Shown here: piece after piece, positions 26,716 through 39,870 of the stretch
Numbering within the stretch: position 1 is the first letter of the stretch
How the letters are laid out: each line of letters opens with the position of its first letter
DNA from: Mytilus edulis
Taxonomy: Eukaryota
Direction: 5' to 3'
DNA: 64,000 bases
NCBI RefSeq assembly: GCF_963676685.1
Contig: NC_092357.1
Span: 43,214,001 to 43,278,000, forward strand
Position numbers and translations under genes: made by a program
The notes under the pieces: generated by a model
Told to the model about the DNA's origin: nothing
The model's input: only the letters and a program-made list of their open reading frames with translations
The model's database searches: none

Positions 26716-28016
26716 AAACACATAAAGTTACTTTATCTGTTTTCAATGCGCTGTTTTTATCATGATCAGTTATTTGAACGTTTCTATTTGTATGGAAGTA
26801 TGCAATAATAGTGGCAAAAAGATTTATCCCGGCATATATATATGTTACGAAACATTGGTCATCTTCGTGAAATTAGGAGTGTACTGAATATTCAACAGTA
26901 TAAAATTACATACACCCATGATTAAAACCACCAATAACATTTTTTTTACGTATTTGAATTCATTCGGCATATTTGCTATCTAGCAGTGGTGTAATTTGTT
27001 TTCTAGATTAAATACACTGCAATGAATAGGAAAACATACACCATGAAAGCATGCAGAATTTGCACATTTGCACATCAATCAGTTTGGTAAGTTTCAAATA
27101 AACTAAAAAATGAAATAATCACGAAACGTATAGATGGAATACCATACGAAACCAACTCACATTGTTTGTAAGTAAACTGCTGAAAAGCAATATTTTATTT
27201 TCACAACCGACATGCCGTTATTTTTTCGATGTCAGTACACATATTAATTGTCTTTCATTTATGATATTTTGACTTGCAAGAGAAATTATCCCGAGGTCAT
27301 AGTAATCTATGGAAAAAACAGTCCCTGGGATCGGATTTTTAATTGTAGTTTGAACCACAAATGAAAAATGTGACCACTGCAATTAAAGTTAAGCATTGTT
27401 GAATGTATAATTGGTTGGAATAATCCATAGCATGAAGGAGAAAACCTTGACTAAGAAAAAAGAATATTAAACTCTTTCAAACAATATTTTTTATTATAAT
27501 ATTTCGGATATTTTTGAAAATTAGTATATCACAACTTCAAATTATGCATGTTCTTGTCAGATTAGCTTCCGGTCACTTGAATATGCTTATCACAATGCTC
27601 ATATTTGTGTGGTTTTGTGTTGATCAGTCTCTTTGGGTTTTTTCATATTGTGTACTGTTGTTTGTCTTGTTATGGTTTTGCGTTTTTTTTGCCTCAATAT
27701 ATGGTTTTAATTATTATTGTTTGCAATTCGTTATCCATTTTTGAGAACTTAAGCTAGGTATAAAGCATGTTAAAAATTCTATGTAATAAAGAAGAAAATG
27801 CACCAAGCCAGGAATATGGCAGTTGTTATCCATTCGTATGTTTTGTTTCAGCTTTTGATTTTGCCATTCGATTACAGACTTTCCGTTTTTAATTTTTCCT
27901 CGGACTTCGGTATTTTTGTTATTTTACTATTTTCAGTTGTTAAAAAAGGAATGTTGTTTTACTGGCAAAATGTGTTAACTTAAGGGAACTCATTTTCATA
28001 TTTATCTCACACTTAC

Positions 28017-28206
28017 TTTTAGCATTAGCTGCTTGTTCCTCTTCGTGACATATTTTCAAGATCTTAAATGACTGTTTTAACTCCTCAATCTCATTCTTTG
28101 AGTGTTTAATTTCCAGAATTATTTCTTTATTTGTTTGATCAAGTACCTTTGTCTTTAACTGATCACATTCTAACCTCATTGATGGTCCACCTAATCTTCC
28201 AATAGC
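28017..28206 (-). CDS. Paralog B, coding exon 3
   Basis: 190 nt with canonical AG/GTAAGT sites; ORF 27940-28179. Confidence 0.88.
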
Positions 28207-28508
28207 CTAAAATAATATAAGATGCGTTTATAAAAGTAGGAGGTTTAGCTAGCTATAAAACCAGGTTTAACCTTCAAGTTTTTTCCCCGAAAATGCCTGT
28301 TCCGAGTCAACAGTCCGAGACAATGTTTCAAGTCTGGAATATGATAATGTTTCAAGTATACAATATGACAATGTTACATGTCTCGAATAGGACAAATTTC
28401 AATATCTGGAATATATTGTGAAAGCAATTTACATATATGATTGCACCAAAGAGAAAACATACGTTCATACATCAATAATGTTTTTCAAATTTTTGATTGC
28501 ATACAAAC

Positions 28509-28738
28509 CTCACTTATGTCCTCCCAGGAAGTTGAGAAAAAAGTATTGTCTATCTTGCAGATTTCCATGTGCGCTATGTAGTTTCTGTAATACTTTATTC
28601 TTGCCAAATCTGAAGCAGGAGATGTCTCAGTAGACCCAGGCAGGTGGTCATATCCCTTTACAGGATACGTTAACTCTGCTAAGTTTCTCAGTAATGTTAT
28701 AATCAAAGTAACGTCAAAGGTGTCTGACTTGGGAATAT
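28509..28738 (-). CDS. Paralog B, coding exon 2 (HEPN core, RNYIAH at 28569-28586)
   Basis: 230 nt with canonical splice sites; ORF 28485-28793. Confidence 0.9.
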
Positions 28739-29899
28739 CTGTCAATAAGAATCTATTACTTTGAAGAACAAATGCATATAAAAGTGACATCATTTCCTAG
28801 TAACACGTTATCGGATGAGCAGACAAAAATATATTTTTCTTTTGTTGAAAGCTTCTTCTTTCATTTTTTATGTATAAATAAATCCTAAATGTATAGGTCA
28901 TATAAGCTTTATCAGATAGAAGTGTACATATTTGATTCAAGGACATCGTTCATTATAATATTATTATAATCGTATTACAAGAAACGCAAGAACTTAATAG
29001 TGACCAATGAACCATGAACTATGAAGTCAAATTGAGATGAATTATGTTAAAACGAGATGTACATACATCTCATCATTATATATTGCAATTGTAGTGGACA
29101 TTAAATTAGCGTAATTGTGTAACCTTTACTCACACATCATTCAAGAAGGTCTATGAAAAATGATGAGATCAAGGTCAGATCAACCTAGTCAGACCAACAC
29201 GAAGAACTTTTAAAGTCATTCTTAGTAACGAAAACTTAACAGCTAATCACTAAACCATGAATGTAACATATTATGCTACTAATTCTTAATTATTTGTATC
29301 TTTTCAAAATACACTTAAGTTTTGAATATCAGTCAGCTACTGTTGTCGCAAATTTAGGTATAAAGCAACATACGATTTCACTGGCGTTGGTTCATATAAC
29401 GAAATGTATGATGGATTAATATTAACCCATCAAAGATACCAGGATTGAAATTTTTTATTAAAGTGTAAGAAGTTTATGAACATGGTGAAGTGTCAACTAT
29501 CAAATCCATATCAGGACGAGAACATATAAATATTAAATGAGTATTAAAGTGCATTTCTTTCTCACAAAAAATGTAAACGTTGTGTGGCGTTTGTTGTTGT
29601 TTTCAAAACGCTACAAAAGTAGAAACAAATATATCGTTTAATTAGTGTTTATTGACCCTGTTTGAACTTTCAAAAATGCATGCACATGTTGGTGAACTGA
29701 CTTTTTCACAACGTAGAAACAAATACATCGGTTAATCAGGTTGAAGTTACAAACAAATGTAGCGTTTGTACTAACAAATGATGAACGAAAAACTGTAGAC
29801 GTATTTCTAGCAAGTGCATAGTTTGTCAAAGTTTACTTAAACTTATGTTAGAAACAAATGATCAAAGCTTACCCGTTTGCATCGTTTGTGGTAAATCTA

Positions 29900-30210
29900 A
29901 ACCCGAGGGTATCACCACCCCAGTAGCCAGTACTTCGGTACTAGCATGAAAATACGGATTTTTTGTGTTATTAAAATTAGCTGTTACAAAATGATAGAAA
30001 TTATTATAAATTAAGGAATGTATCTCTCTCATGCAAAGCTCTGATTCCTTTCACGGATTTGGCTATACTTTTTGGACCTTTTGGATTATAGCTTTTCATC
30101 TTTTATATAAGCTTTGGATTTCAAATATTTTGGCCACGAGCATCACTGAAGAGACATAAATTGTCGAAATGCGCATCTGGTGCAAGAAAATTGGTACCGT
30201 TAATTTTATT
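29900..30210 (+). mobile_element. Second-family retrozyme-like repeat
   Basis: Shares the cccgagggtatcacc..cccagtag motif with the reverse complement of 26634-26665 and carries an intact hammerhead. Absent in paralog A. Confidence 0.75.
30140..30183 (+). ncRNA. Type I minimal hammerhead ribozyme with intact core; predicted cleavage after AUC (C30177)
   Basis: GCATCA-CTGAAGA-GACA(TAAAT)TGTC-GAAA-T-GCGC-A-TC-TGGTGC. Helix I has 6 bp, helix II 4 bp, and helix III is short and palindromic. Confidence 0.85.
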
Positions 30211-30372
30211 GTACTATATTGAAATGTTGAGCTGGAAGATTGTTGATGTTGTTCATAAGTTTCATAGGGAACAGTGATTGGTCGATTGATTTGCTAATTT
30301 GATATATTAATTAAATCCAGTATAATTACAATTAAATTCAAATTCAATTGATAGCATTTAGATTACCTTTCT

Positions 30373-33300
30373 ATGTATTTTTCAAAGTTGTACAAAATCG
30401 AACATGTAAAATGTTGTTTGTTTATAGTTAACACGTGTTTGGTTAATTATAGTAAGGTCGGTTCGATTGGGATATTGAGTTTATGCACGAGTGAACTCGG
30501 GTGGTTTAAAGTCATTCGAGCCATTGCAGTCAAAGTGTACAGTAGCATTTTATTAGTTTCTCTTCGAATTGTACTTTCGTAATATGACAAGTTCTGAACG
30601 TGAAGAAAGTCAACTCTATGACATTATGATACTGACATAACAGATAGAGACATGTTAACAAAAATTGCAGACATAACCATTGAACAATTCTTAAGCGGAA
30701 CAAGTTATTACGATTGCTGATAAGTCACCAGCAGGTTGTGATACAGTCAAAGAATATCTGTCAGACGAGCTTGCTTAGGTTTCTGATGATGATAAGAAAA
30801 CTAGGTCGGACTCCGCTTTAACACGGACCTTGACGCACCTAGAAGCAAAAATAACAAGAGAGTTTTAAAGATCAAGGTGATAAGTATTGTTTACATAATG
30901 TATGGTTTTTCATCATATTGATATGAATATAAAAATTTATTATATAAAATGAACATTTAGATACAATTCAGAACATGACATTTTAATTTGAAAAAGAATC
31001 CCTCTTCATGATCTATTTAGGGAAATGAGAAGAACATAAATATTTGAAAAATAATGATACAAATTTTTTCGTTTTATACATGATTGATAATGGTTATTCT
31101 ATCCAGTTTATCACGATTCAACCAGTTATACTGTAATATTTAACAAGAACTATATAAAAATGCTGAATTTGTTTCAGAAGCTAATCCAGAGAAAGGAATT
31201 GTAAAGGGGATCATTTTTGTCCTACATGTAGTTAAACAACACGTTTACGAATAATTAATCAGTTCTTTTTTTCTTGGTATCCAGTTCAGTATACATCAGA
31301 TTTTTAGCATGTTTAATGAGTACTAACTATTAAAAAAGTTAGAAAAGGAGAAAAAGATATCTGACATGTGCAGTAGATAAAAAAAACATAGTTATCATGA
31401 GCTTTATCTAAATTTTAATACAGTAACCAAGAGTTTCATTTTGAATATTGTTGTCTAATTTACGCATTTTGAATGATACTAGTCGAATTCTTTTAGGTTT
31501 AGTACTTTTTGAGTAAATTAATCATTTGTCTTAATCGCTGGGCTGATTGATTATTAAATCTACTGATAGTTATATAAAGGCACTGGGCTATTAATCAATT
31601 AATCCACTGGACAGGTTGTTATTGAAGCCACTGGTCTAGTTGTTAGTGATGCCACTATTCGTGTGGTTATTGAAGACATTGTACACATTGTAATTAAAAC
31701 CACTGGGCTGATAAATAATTAAGCGTCTGGGCATGTTGTTATTGACGCAACTGGGCGTGTTATTATTGACGCCACTGGGTCTGTTATTATTGACGCCACT
31801 GGGCGTGTTTATTGTTGACGCCTCTTTGCGTGCTATTGACACCACTGGGCGTTTTGTTATTGACGCCACTGGGCGAGTTATTATTGACACTACTTGGCGT
31901 GTTGTTATTAACACCACTGGGTGAGTTGTTATTGACGCCACTGGGCGTGTTATTATTGACGCCTCTTGGGGTGTTATTGACGCCACTGGGCGTGTTGTTA
32001 TTGATGCCACTGGACGTGTTGTTATTGACGCCACTGGGCGTGTTGTTATTGACCCCACTCGGCGAGTTATTTTTGACGCCACTGGGCGTGTTGTTATTGA
32101 TACCACTGGACAAATTGTTATTGACGCCACTGGGCGTGTTATTATTGACGCCTATAGGCGTGTTATTGACGCCACTGGGCCTGTTGTTATGGACGCCACT
32201 GGGCGTAATGATATTGATGCCACTGGGTGAGTAATTTTTGACGCCACTGGGCATGTTGTTATCAAAGTCACTGGGCAAGTTGAAATTGAGGCCACTTTGC
32301 AAGATGATGTTGAGGCCACTGGGCAGGTTGTTATTGACGCCTCTTGGCGTGTTATTGACGCCACTGGTCGAAATGTAATGGACGCAACAGGGCAGGCTGT
32401 TATTGACGCCACTGGGCGTGTTGTTATTAAAGCCAATGGGTAGGTTGACATAGAAGCCGCTTGGCAAGATGCTGTTGAAGCCACTGAGAATGTTGTAATT
32501 CAAGCCATGGGCTAGAAGTTATCTAAGCCATTAGGCATGTTGTTTTTAATGCACTGAGTATGTTGTTATAGACGCAACTGGACAATTTGTTATTGAAGGC
32601 ACTGGGCAGGTTATTTTTAAAGCCACTGGGAAGGTTGTTATAAACGCCACTTGGGAGGTTGGTATTGAAGACATTGGGCAGGTTGTTTGTAAAACCACTT
32701 GGCAAGTTGTCATTGATGAAGACACTTGGCTGGTTATTGTTGAAGCCACTGGACTGGTTGTTATTGATGCCGATGGACAGGTTGTTATTGACTCCACTGG
32801 ACATGTTGTTATTGACACAACTGAGCAAACTTATTATTAATGTCGAGGGAAAGGATGCTGTTGAAGTCACTGGGTATGTCGTAATTAAAGCCATGGGCTA
32901 ATAGTTATTTAAAACGCTGGGCAATTACTATTGACGCCACTGGGTAAGTTGTTATAGACGCCACTGAGCGGATTGGTATTGAAGCTGCTGGACATGTTGT
33001 TTGTAAAGCCAGTGGACAGTCTGTTAGTGAAGACACTTGGCTTGTTCTTATTGATGCCCATGGGCAGGTCGTTGTTCACGTCACTAGGCAGGTTGTTGAA
33101 GCCATCGGACGTGTTGTTATTGAAGAAACTTGGCAATTTGTAATTAAAGCCAATGGGCTGATAGTAAATTAACCCACTGGACATGTTATTATACAAGCAA
33201 CTGGACATATTATTATTAATACATATAGGCATGATGTTGTTATAAAAGATATAGGCTGATAGTTAAATTAGGCAATTGGGCATGTTATTAAGGCCACTGG

Positions 33301-35321
33301 GCAGGTTGGTATTGAAGCCACTGGGAAGGTTAACGTTGTTTGTAAAGCAAATGAGCCGGTTGTTTTTTGAAGACACTGGGCAGGTTCTTATTGACATCAG
33401 TGGGCAGCATGTTGTTGAAGACATTTGACTGGTTGTTGTTGAAACCACTCGACATTTAGTAATTGAAGCTACTAGGCTGATAGTTACTGGACTTGCAGTT
33501 ATTAAAGACTCTTGGGTAGTAGTTGTTGAAGACACTGGGCTTGGTGTTGAGAACATTGGGTTGGTAGATGTTGAAGACACTGGGCTTGGTGTTGAGGACA
33601 TTGGGTTGGTAGATGTTAAAGACACTGAGCTTGGTGTTGAGGACATTGGGTTGATCGATGTTGAAGACACTGGGCTTGGTGTTGAGGACATTGGGTTGTT
33701 AGATGTTGAAGACACTTTCTGTGACTTGGCTGCTTGTTGTTGAAGCCACTGAGCAGGTTGTTATCACATCACTTGGCTGGTAGTTGTTCAAGACACTGGG
33801 CATGTTGATCTTGGAAACAGTGGGTAGGTTGTTATTACAAACACTTGGCTGGTAGTTATTCAAGACACTGGGCATGTTGATGTTGAAAAGACTTGGTAGG
33901 TTGTTATTGAAGACACTTTGTAGGTTATTATTGAAGACACTTGGCAGGTTTGTTGATGAAGCCTCTGTGTATGTTGTTATTGAAGACACTGCTGATTGTT
34001 GTTGAAGACATTGTACAGGTTGTTTAGTTATTGAAGACAATGGGCTTGTTGTTATTGGAGACACTGAGTTGGTTGTTGAAATTCTCGGCTGGTTGTTAAA
34101 GATACTGGGCTGGTTGTTGTTGAAGACACTGGATCAGTTTTTGTATACACCACTGGAGATGTTATTAAAGACACTGAGGTGGTTGTCGTTGAAAACAATG
34201 GGCAAGTTTTAATTAAAGGCACTTGGCTGGTTGTTGTTGAAGACACTGGGTATGTTGTCATTGAAGACACTGGACAGGTTGTTATTGCAGACACTGGGCT
34301 GGTTGTTGTTGAAGACACTGGACAGGTAACTGTTGATGAAGCAACTAGGCTGTTTATTATTTTAGTAACTTAGCATATTATTATTTAAGTCACTAGGGCA
34401 TGTAGGGCGAATGTATAGACAAAACGGATTGTTATTGAAGCTATATGGATGAATTTCAGACATGTATATTGGTATATTATTTAACAAAATAAATGTCTTT
34501 AAATAGTTATATTAAAGATGCTGACATACACCTTGATTAATTACTTAGACTAGTGAGAAAAACATTCGCCAAGTAGTCAAATGTTCATTCTCAATTTTAT
34601 AAGTTTCGAAATGATTCGTCTCTCGTATACAAGAGCCAGTGCTAACACCTGTACTTCTGATAAGATTTTTCTGAAGCTTAACAGGTAAAAATCAGACTGA
34701 GAAAAGAATGGTTACGTTAGAGAAGACTTTCCAGGACAATTATCTGTTCGTCGAAATGAAGAAATTAAAATAAATATTCAATGCTATTCTCCCGTTCTTT
34801 GTGTTTCGAGAGCACTTGTCTCTGCAAGTGGCGTCTCCCATGTAAGAGTTTGTGGTTATTTGATAAATATTTTATGTTCGTTTGAGTTTACGAATTATAA
34901 TTTAAATGTATTTTTCAAATTTGTACAAAATCGAACGTGTAAAATGTTGTTTGTTTATAGTTAACACGTTTTTGGTTAATTATAGTAAGGTCGGTTCGAT
35001 TGTGATATTGAGTTCATGCACGAGTGAACTCGGGTGGTTTAAAGTCATTCGAGCCATTGCAGTCAAAGTGTACAGTAGCATTTTGCAAAATAAATAATAT
35101 TATTAATCATATTATTTATTTTCAGATTTGTGGACCACAAGTGTGGGGAAACCAGTACAAGCTGCTTAATAGCTATATATTTATATGAACTTTCAACAAT
35201 ATGATACTCATATTTATAATAAAATGTGCGCTTGTCTCTGCAAGTGGCGTCTCCCATGTAAGAGTTTGTGGTTATTTGATAAATATTTTATGTTCGTTTG
35301 AGTTTACGAATTAGAATTTAA
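30373..35321 (+). mobile_element. Decayed tyrosine-recombinase retrotransposon with split direct repeats (Ngaro/PAT-like), about 4.95 kb
   Basis: A1 30373-30551, B1 ~34812-34905, A2 34906-35084, B2 ~35230-35321. gag-like remnant at 30693-30805 and YR remnant at 34620-34757. No TSD; empty site in paralog A at ~4354. Confidence 0.8.
31540..34370. repeat. Degenerate 24-bp (21/24/45-bp variants) minisatellite, consensus near gacgccactgggcgtgttgttatt
   Basis: Tandem units read directly. Most homogeneous at 31740-32430, with a 45-bp sub-array at 33527-33715. Confidence 0.88.
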
Positions 35322-36664
35322 TTAAAATAATTATGATTCTTTGAATTGCATACGAGAATATTGGATACGGTGATTAAAAATATTTTCGACATTTTATTCG
35401 CAAATGAAAAATTTAGGTTGAGTGAAAAATTGTGTTTTAATATCGTTAATGTTTACATGTTATAAAGAACTTTGAACATAACCACTGTAACATGTGTATT
35501 GTTTAATAATGTATACAAGTGTCTCTTCACTGTAGAATAAACAACATTGTTTTTTTAATTAAATATTTCAGCTCAGTGCACATTTTCAATAAACGAAAAG
35601 AACGGTACAAAGCGTGACAAAATAATGATCAAGTAGTTAAATTGTCTGCGGAGACACAATGACATTAACATTATGATTTTACAGGTTTTGATCACTAATT
35701 CAATTGTTAGAATGGTTTAAGTATAACAATGAATTGTAATAATAGCGATAATCCATAATAAAGTTATAGATAGTTTATTATTCTCAATATGAATATGATT
35801 GTATGAAAAACTTCATAGTTTGATATTTAGGAAATATTATATTTTAAATTGTAATTATATTTAAATTGTGTCAATTTCATGTCCATTTTCAAATTTATAA
35901 ATTGAAACAGAGTCAACTACAATAAATTGATTACTAATTATCTGTGATTTCATTGTAATATGTCATTTATTATAGCTTATTATGATTACTGTTTACAGTT
36001 ATTCAATGTCTCCTAAGGAACAACATATAAGAATGGTGTTATATTTTACATTTCTTAGACATTTGATACAAATCAAAGTCCTAATGATATGCATAGGCAG
36101 TTTCATAATTGTCTCAGTACTAGTATTTAGGAACTTCCAGTTTATTTCCCTATTAAAAAGTAAGTTAGTAACAACAGATGCAATTGATGGCAATTTATAA
36201 CACATCTTAATTTGTTAATACTTATCATATTGACTATGGAACACGAACTTTCATGCCTGCAAATTTGTCTACGTTGCACGTCAGTCCTTCAAACTATTCT
36301 ACCCTATTGGGGAAATCTCATAGTCGGTGTACACCTGACCCTTACAAAATTCAATTACTTAGACTCAATACTTTAAAAAGCATTCAGAGGTATAGAAAAC
36401 ATTTAAACACATTATTCTTATTAAAAGCCATAGAGGTTCTGAATAAGTACACTAATCATATGCATATGTCCTTGAACTTAAAATTCCACTTAATATTTTA
36501 AATGGTTGGCTTGTATGCATGTATTTTAATAGTAGCCAAGATGTTAAGAAACAACAAATAGTATTGCTTCTTGTTCACAGTATGAAACGGTATCCAGATT
36601 ACATAGGAAATTTCAAATTGCATTGCAGGTGGTTTATAACATGTATCAGTTTATTAATACTTAC

Positions 36665-36884
36665 CAGGTTGCCTTGGAAACAACAAGTTCCACTGCTGCA
36701 AGTTTATAACTTTTTTCTTGTCTTTCAAGTCATTCAGTTTCTTATATTCTTTCTTCAGCGTTGCATATAAAAAAGAAGGATGGAATTCCCTATCAAATAA
36801 AACTCGTGCAGCACGTGGAGATATCCCTGTTATCAGCAAGCCAATTCTCACATAGTTGTCTTCTTCTTTGGTGAGAGATGCCAT
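36665..36884 (-). CDS. Paralog B, coding exon 1 (MASLTKEEDNYVRIGLLITG...)
   Basis: ATG at 36884 and GTAAGT donor at 36664. 220 nt, phase 1. Confidence 0.9.
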
Positions 36885-38071
36885 CTTTCTGGTGTATGTT
36901 TTGCTATTAATCCCAATACTATTTAAATCACGGCATGGTCACATATTTATCAAATTTAGACAACTTCACACACATATATTACTTTTGTATGAGAAAAATT
37001 GTTTTGAGTTCATTGGTTTGCCCTTTATACGATATGTTCTGTCGCTTTAGATTCCATTATTCTATTATCTAAAGGTAAAAAATAACAATTAAAATTCACA
37101 TTTCAAGAATACCAAATGAATTGGTCAAGTGAAATCTCTTTGCAATAAAACATCGTAGCAGTTGTCCTAGGTTCACAAAATAGAAGTGTGCTACTACAGT
37201 TTTTCATTTTTCGATAGCTTCTTTGAAAAATTACTTTAAAACTATGAAGCACATTGATTGCCCTATGCATGAACATGTACAATTAGTGTCGACATCGAAA
37301 ACACTTTCATCAACACCCCTTTATATTACTAACAAACATCCGTGACAGCGTTTACCTTTTTCCATGGAAAATACATAACTTCAGATAAATGTTGAATGAC
37401 CATACAATGTATATTATGTGTGGCTACTGAGTATGGTTGTAAAATGCTGGTCCTTTTTCTCGGAGTGCGGTATTTTTGTTATTTTATTTCTGTAGAGTCT
37501 CTCAGTTTTTGTATGTTACCTTGATATGTCTTCGCAATCGATTAACGAGATTTGAACATCAGACTTCCTTTATTAACGTCTAAATTTTGTAATCCTGATA
37601 TATAGTCTTATTAACATAAAAACAGAAACAACCATTTAAACCATTGAAACTTTTTTCTGCAACCCGAATGAAATCCTGTCATGTAAATTGCTTCAAAAAC
37701 ATTGTCTAGTTCCAATCTTTATGCATGCGACGAGCGAGAATGGAATACCATACTCACTCGTCGTATGCACAAAGATTAGTATCAGATGGTTTAAATAAAA
37801 ACTCATTAAAAATTAATAAACCTTTATTTTGTTGGTATTATTTTAGTTGTTGCATGAATCACAGAGAGCGGCGACGTAAAATTCGTAAAACATTATTAAT
37901 GTCCCTTTGGCATCATTTGCCTCTCTTTTAATGTTTTACAGAGTTTATCAACTATAAATTTAAAAACAAATTCAAGGTTAATGATATTCCTTTAAGTAAA
38001 AAAAATGGGAACAGTCGGCATAATAGTGACTTTGACAAAAACTTTGAAATTTTAGTTAAAAGTAAACTTAC

Positions 38072-38180
38072 TGTTTAAGATAATCTTCCTTTTTGAGGAA
38101 ATTCACTTTGATGGAATCAGTGAATACTATATTCAGCACAATATACCACTACAATATTGTACCTTTTCGCCATTTTGAAT
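38072..38180 (-). promoter_or_regulatory. Putative non-coding first exon of paralog B with YY1-like motif
   Basis: Conserved with 7391-7500, including the donor and CAAAATGGCG. Confidence 0.45.
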
Positions 38181-38374
38181 TTAGAAGACTAAAATAGTAA
38201 TTAAAGTCATTTGTAAAGATCAATAAGAAATGGAAGTATAAATTACGTCACTTACTAAATAGTTAGTATGAAGATATTTTTAAATATTAACCTAGATAAT
38301 TTCAATAGTACACGTTTAAACAACCTGATGTAATATAATATCTTTATTCATTTATTGGTATATATATATTTCAT

Positions 38375-39870
38375 ATAAGAATTAACTCATAACTGAATAA
38401 AAGTCCGAAGGACTTTTCGGACTTTGATGTAAAGTTTGTGAGTAAGAGCCCCGGTTAAAACATCAATAACCTTTAGAAAAAATGTGTTTAATCCTTATAA
38501 TTCTTAAGCTAAATAATCGCTATTTTTAATTCACACTTTTATGTGTAAACGCTACTATAATAAACATCAAATACTCAATATAGCAAATTAACCTGACGAT
38601 ATCGGGATATGGGTATTTAGTCGGATCTTAACACGTACTTGTGATTTGTTTAAAACCGGCTTTAACGAAGAAATGTCGAAATGTTCAGAACTTAATTAAA
38701 TCTGTTTTTGAGTGAGATGGTGCAAGCATACGATTTTTATTGCGTCTTACACTTTGAGAAGCGAATAATCTTTAGCTACTTTATTTAAATATTGTGTAAA
38801 AATGTTAATTAAGAGCTATGAAAGTCAAGTGGCTCAAGCATTTTACTGAGGAAGTTTTAAAAAAATGCAAAGAAATATTTTAACAGTGGGTTAGATTTCA
38901 TTAGTCTTTACTATCTATAGATTAACAACTTTTGGTTATATTTATAATTTAGAATCATCATTGAAGGTGAAGCGATTGCACAGTTAATTAATTATATTAA
39001 TGTGCCATTTGTATGCAAGAGTGACATTCCGTTGTATTATGTGCCAATTCGAAAAATTTATGCGAGTATTGTCTCCCTTTAACAGGTTCATTATTTTATA
39101 ATTAAGTTTAGGTTTCTGATATAAATTTGAATAGTTACAAAATGTATCAATTCAATATATTTCAGTTTTTGTTATTGGTGTATCAAAAACATTGATGTAC
39201 GAATATAATTTCATAAATTTAAAACGTTTAAAATGATTACATACCAATATAAAGAACCGTTCATCATTTTTGAAAAAGACTATGATTGAAATTCGTATTA
39301 TTTATCTTCCCTTCATGATAGATTGATTGGGAAATGAACCAAACTTCTCTACAGGTAATCACAGAGAGGGACTAGAAAGCATTTTTTTATTGTAGCGTAT
39401 TTAACGTTAAAACTTCCACTATAAACAAATGTTATTTTATACAAATATAAGGACCTTATTAGCTAAATCTACAAATTTTATTGGATATTATGATTTTTTA
39501 TTACAATAGATTAATATGCTACACAATAGACATGTCGTAATTAAGGAGTTGATCGCCATATTGACTTTCTAAAATCCATAAATGTTTGAAAAAATGCAAC
39601 AGAATTTAAAGTAAAATAGAATCTACCTCCAAAACTTCATTTTAATGAGATATTATCCGAATTTCGAGCGATCAAGTCACGATTAATCTTTCGAATGAAA
39701 TTGTCCATTCGTATGACGTCGTGTTTTGCCGTGATGTAAATTCACCAAATCATTGTAGACATTTCGCGGAATTTATTTAAATTTTAATTTTACACATTTA
39801 GAAGCTTAAGTAATTTTATTTTAATTCTTTTTTTTATATATGGACAAGATTAGACACAACTGTTCTGCAT
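38375..39870. other. About 1.5 kb paralog-specific segment upstream of gene B, probably transposon-derived
   Basis: No counterpart between 7690 and 7835. Short inverted termini tataagaattaa/ttaatccttata at 38375-38499. Confidence 0.4.

Noticed and set aside
31636-34373. Many long low-complexity ORFs on both strands
   Set aside because: Produced by stop-poor repeat units in several frames at once, with frequent frame breaks; not called as genes.
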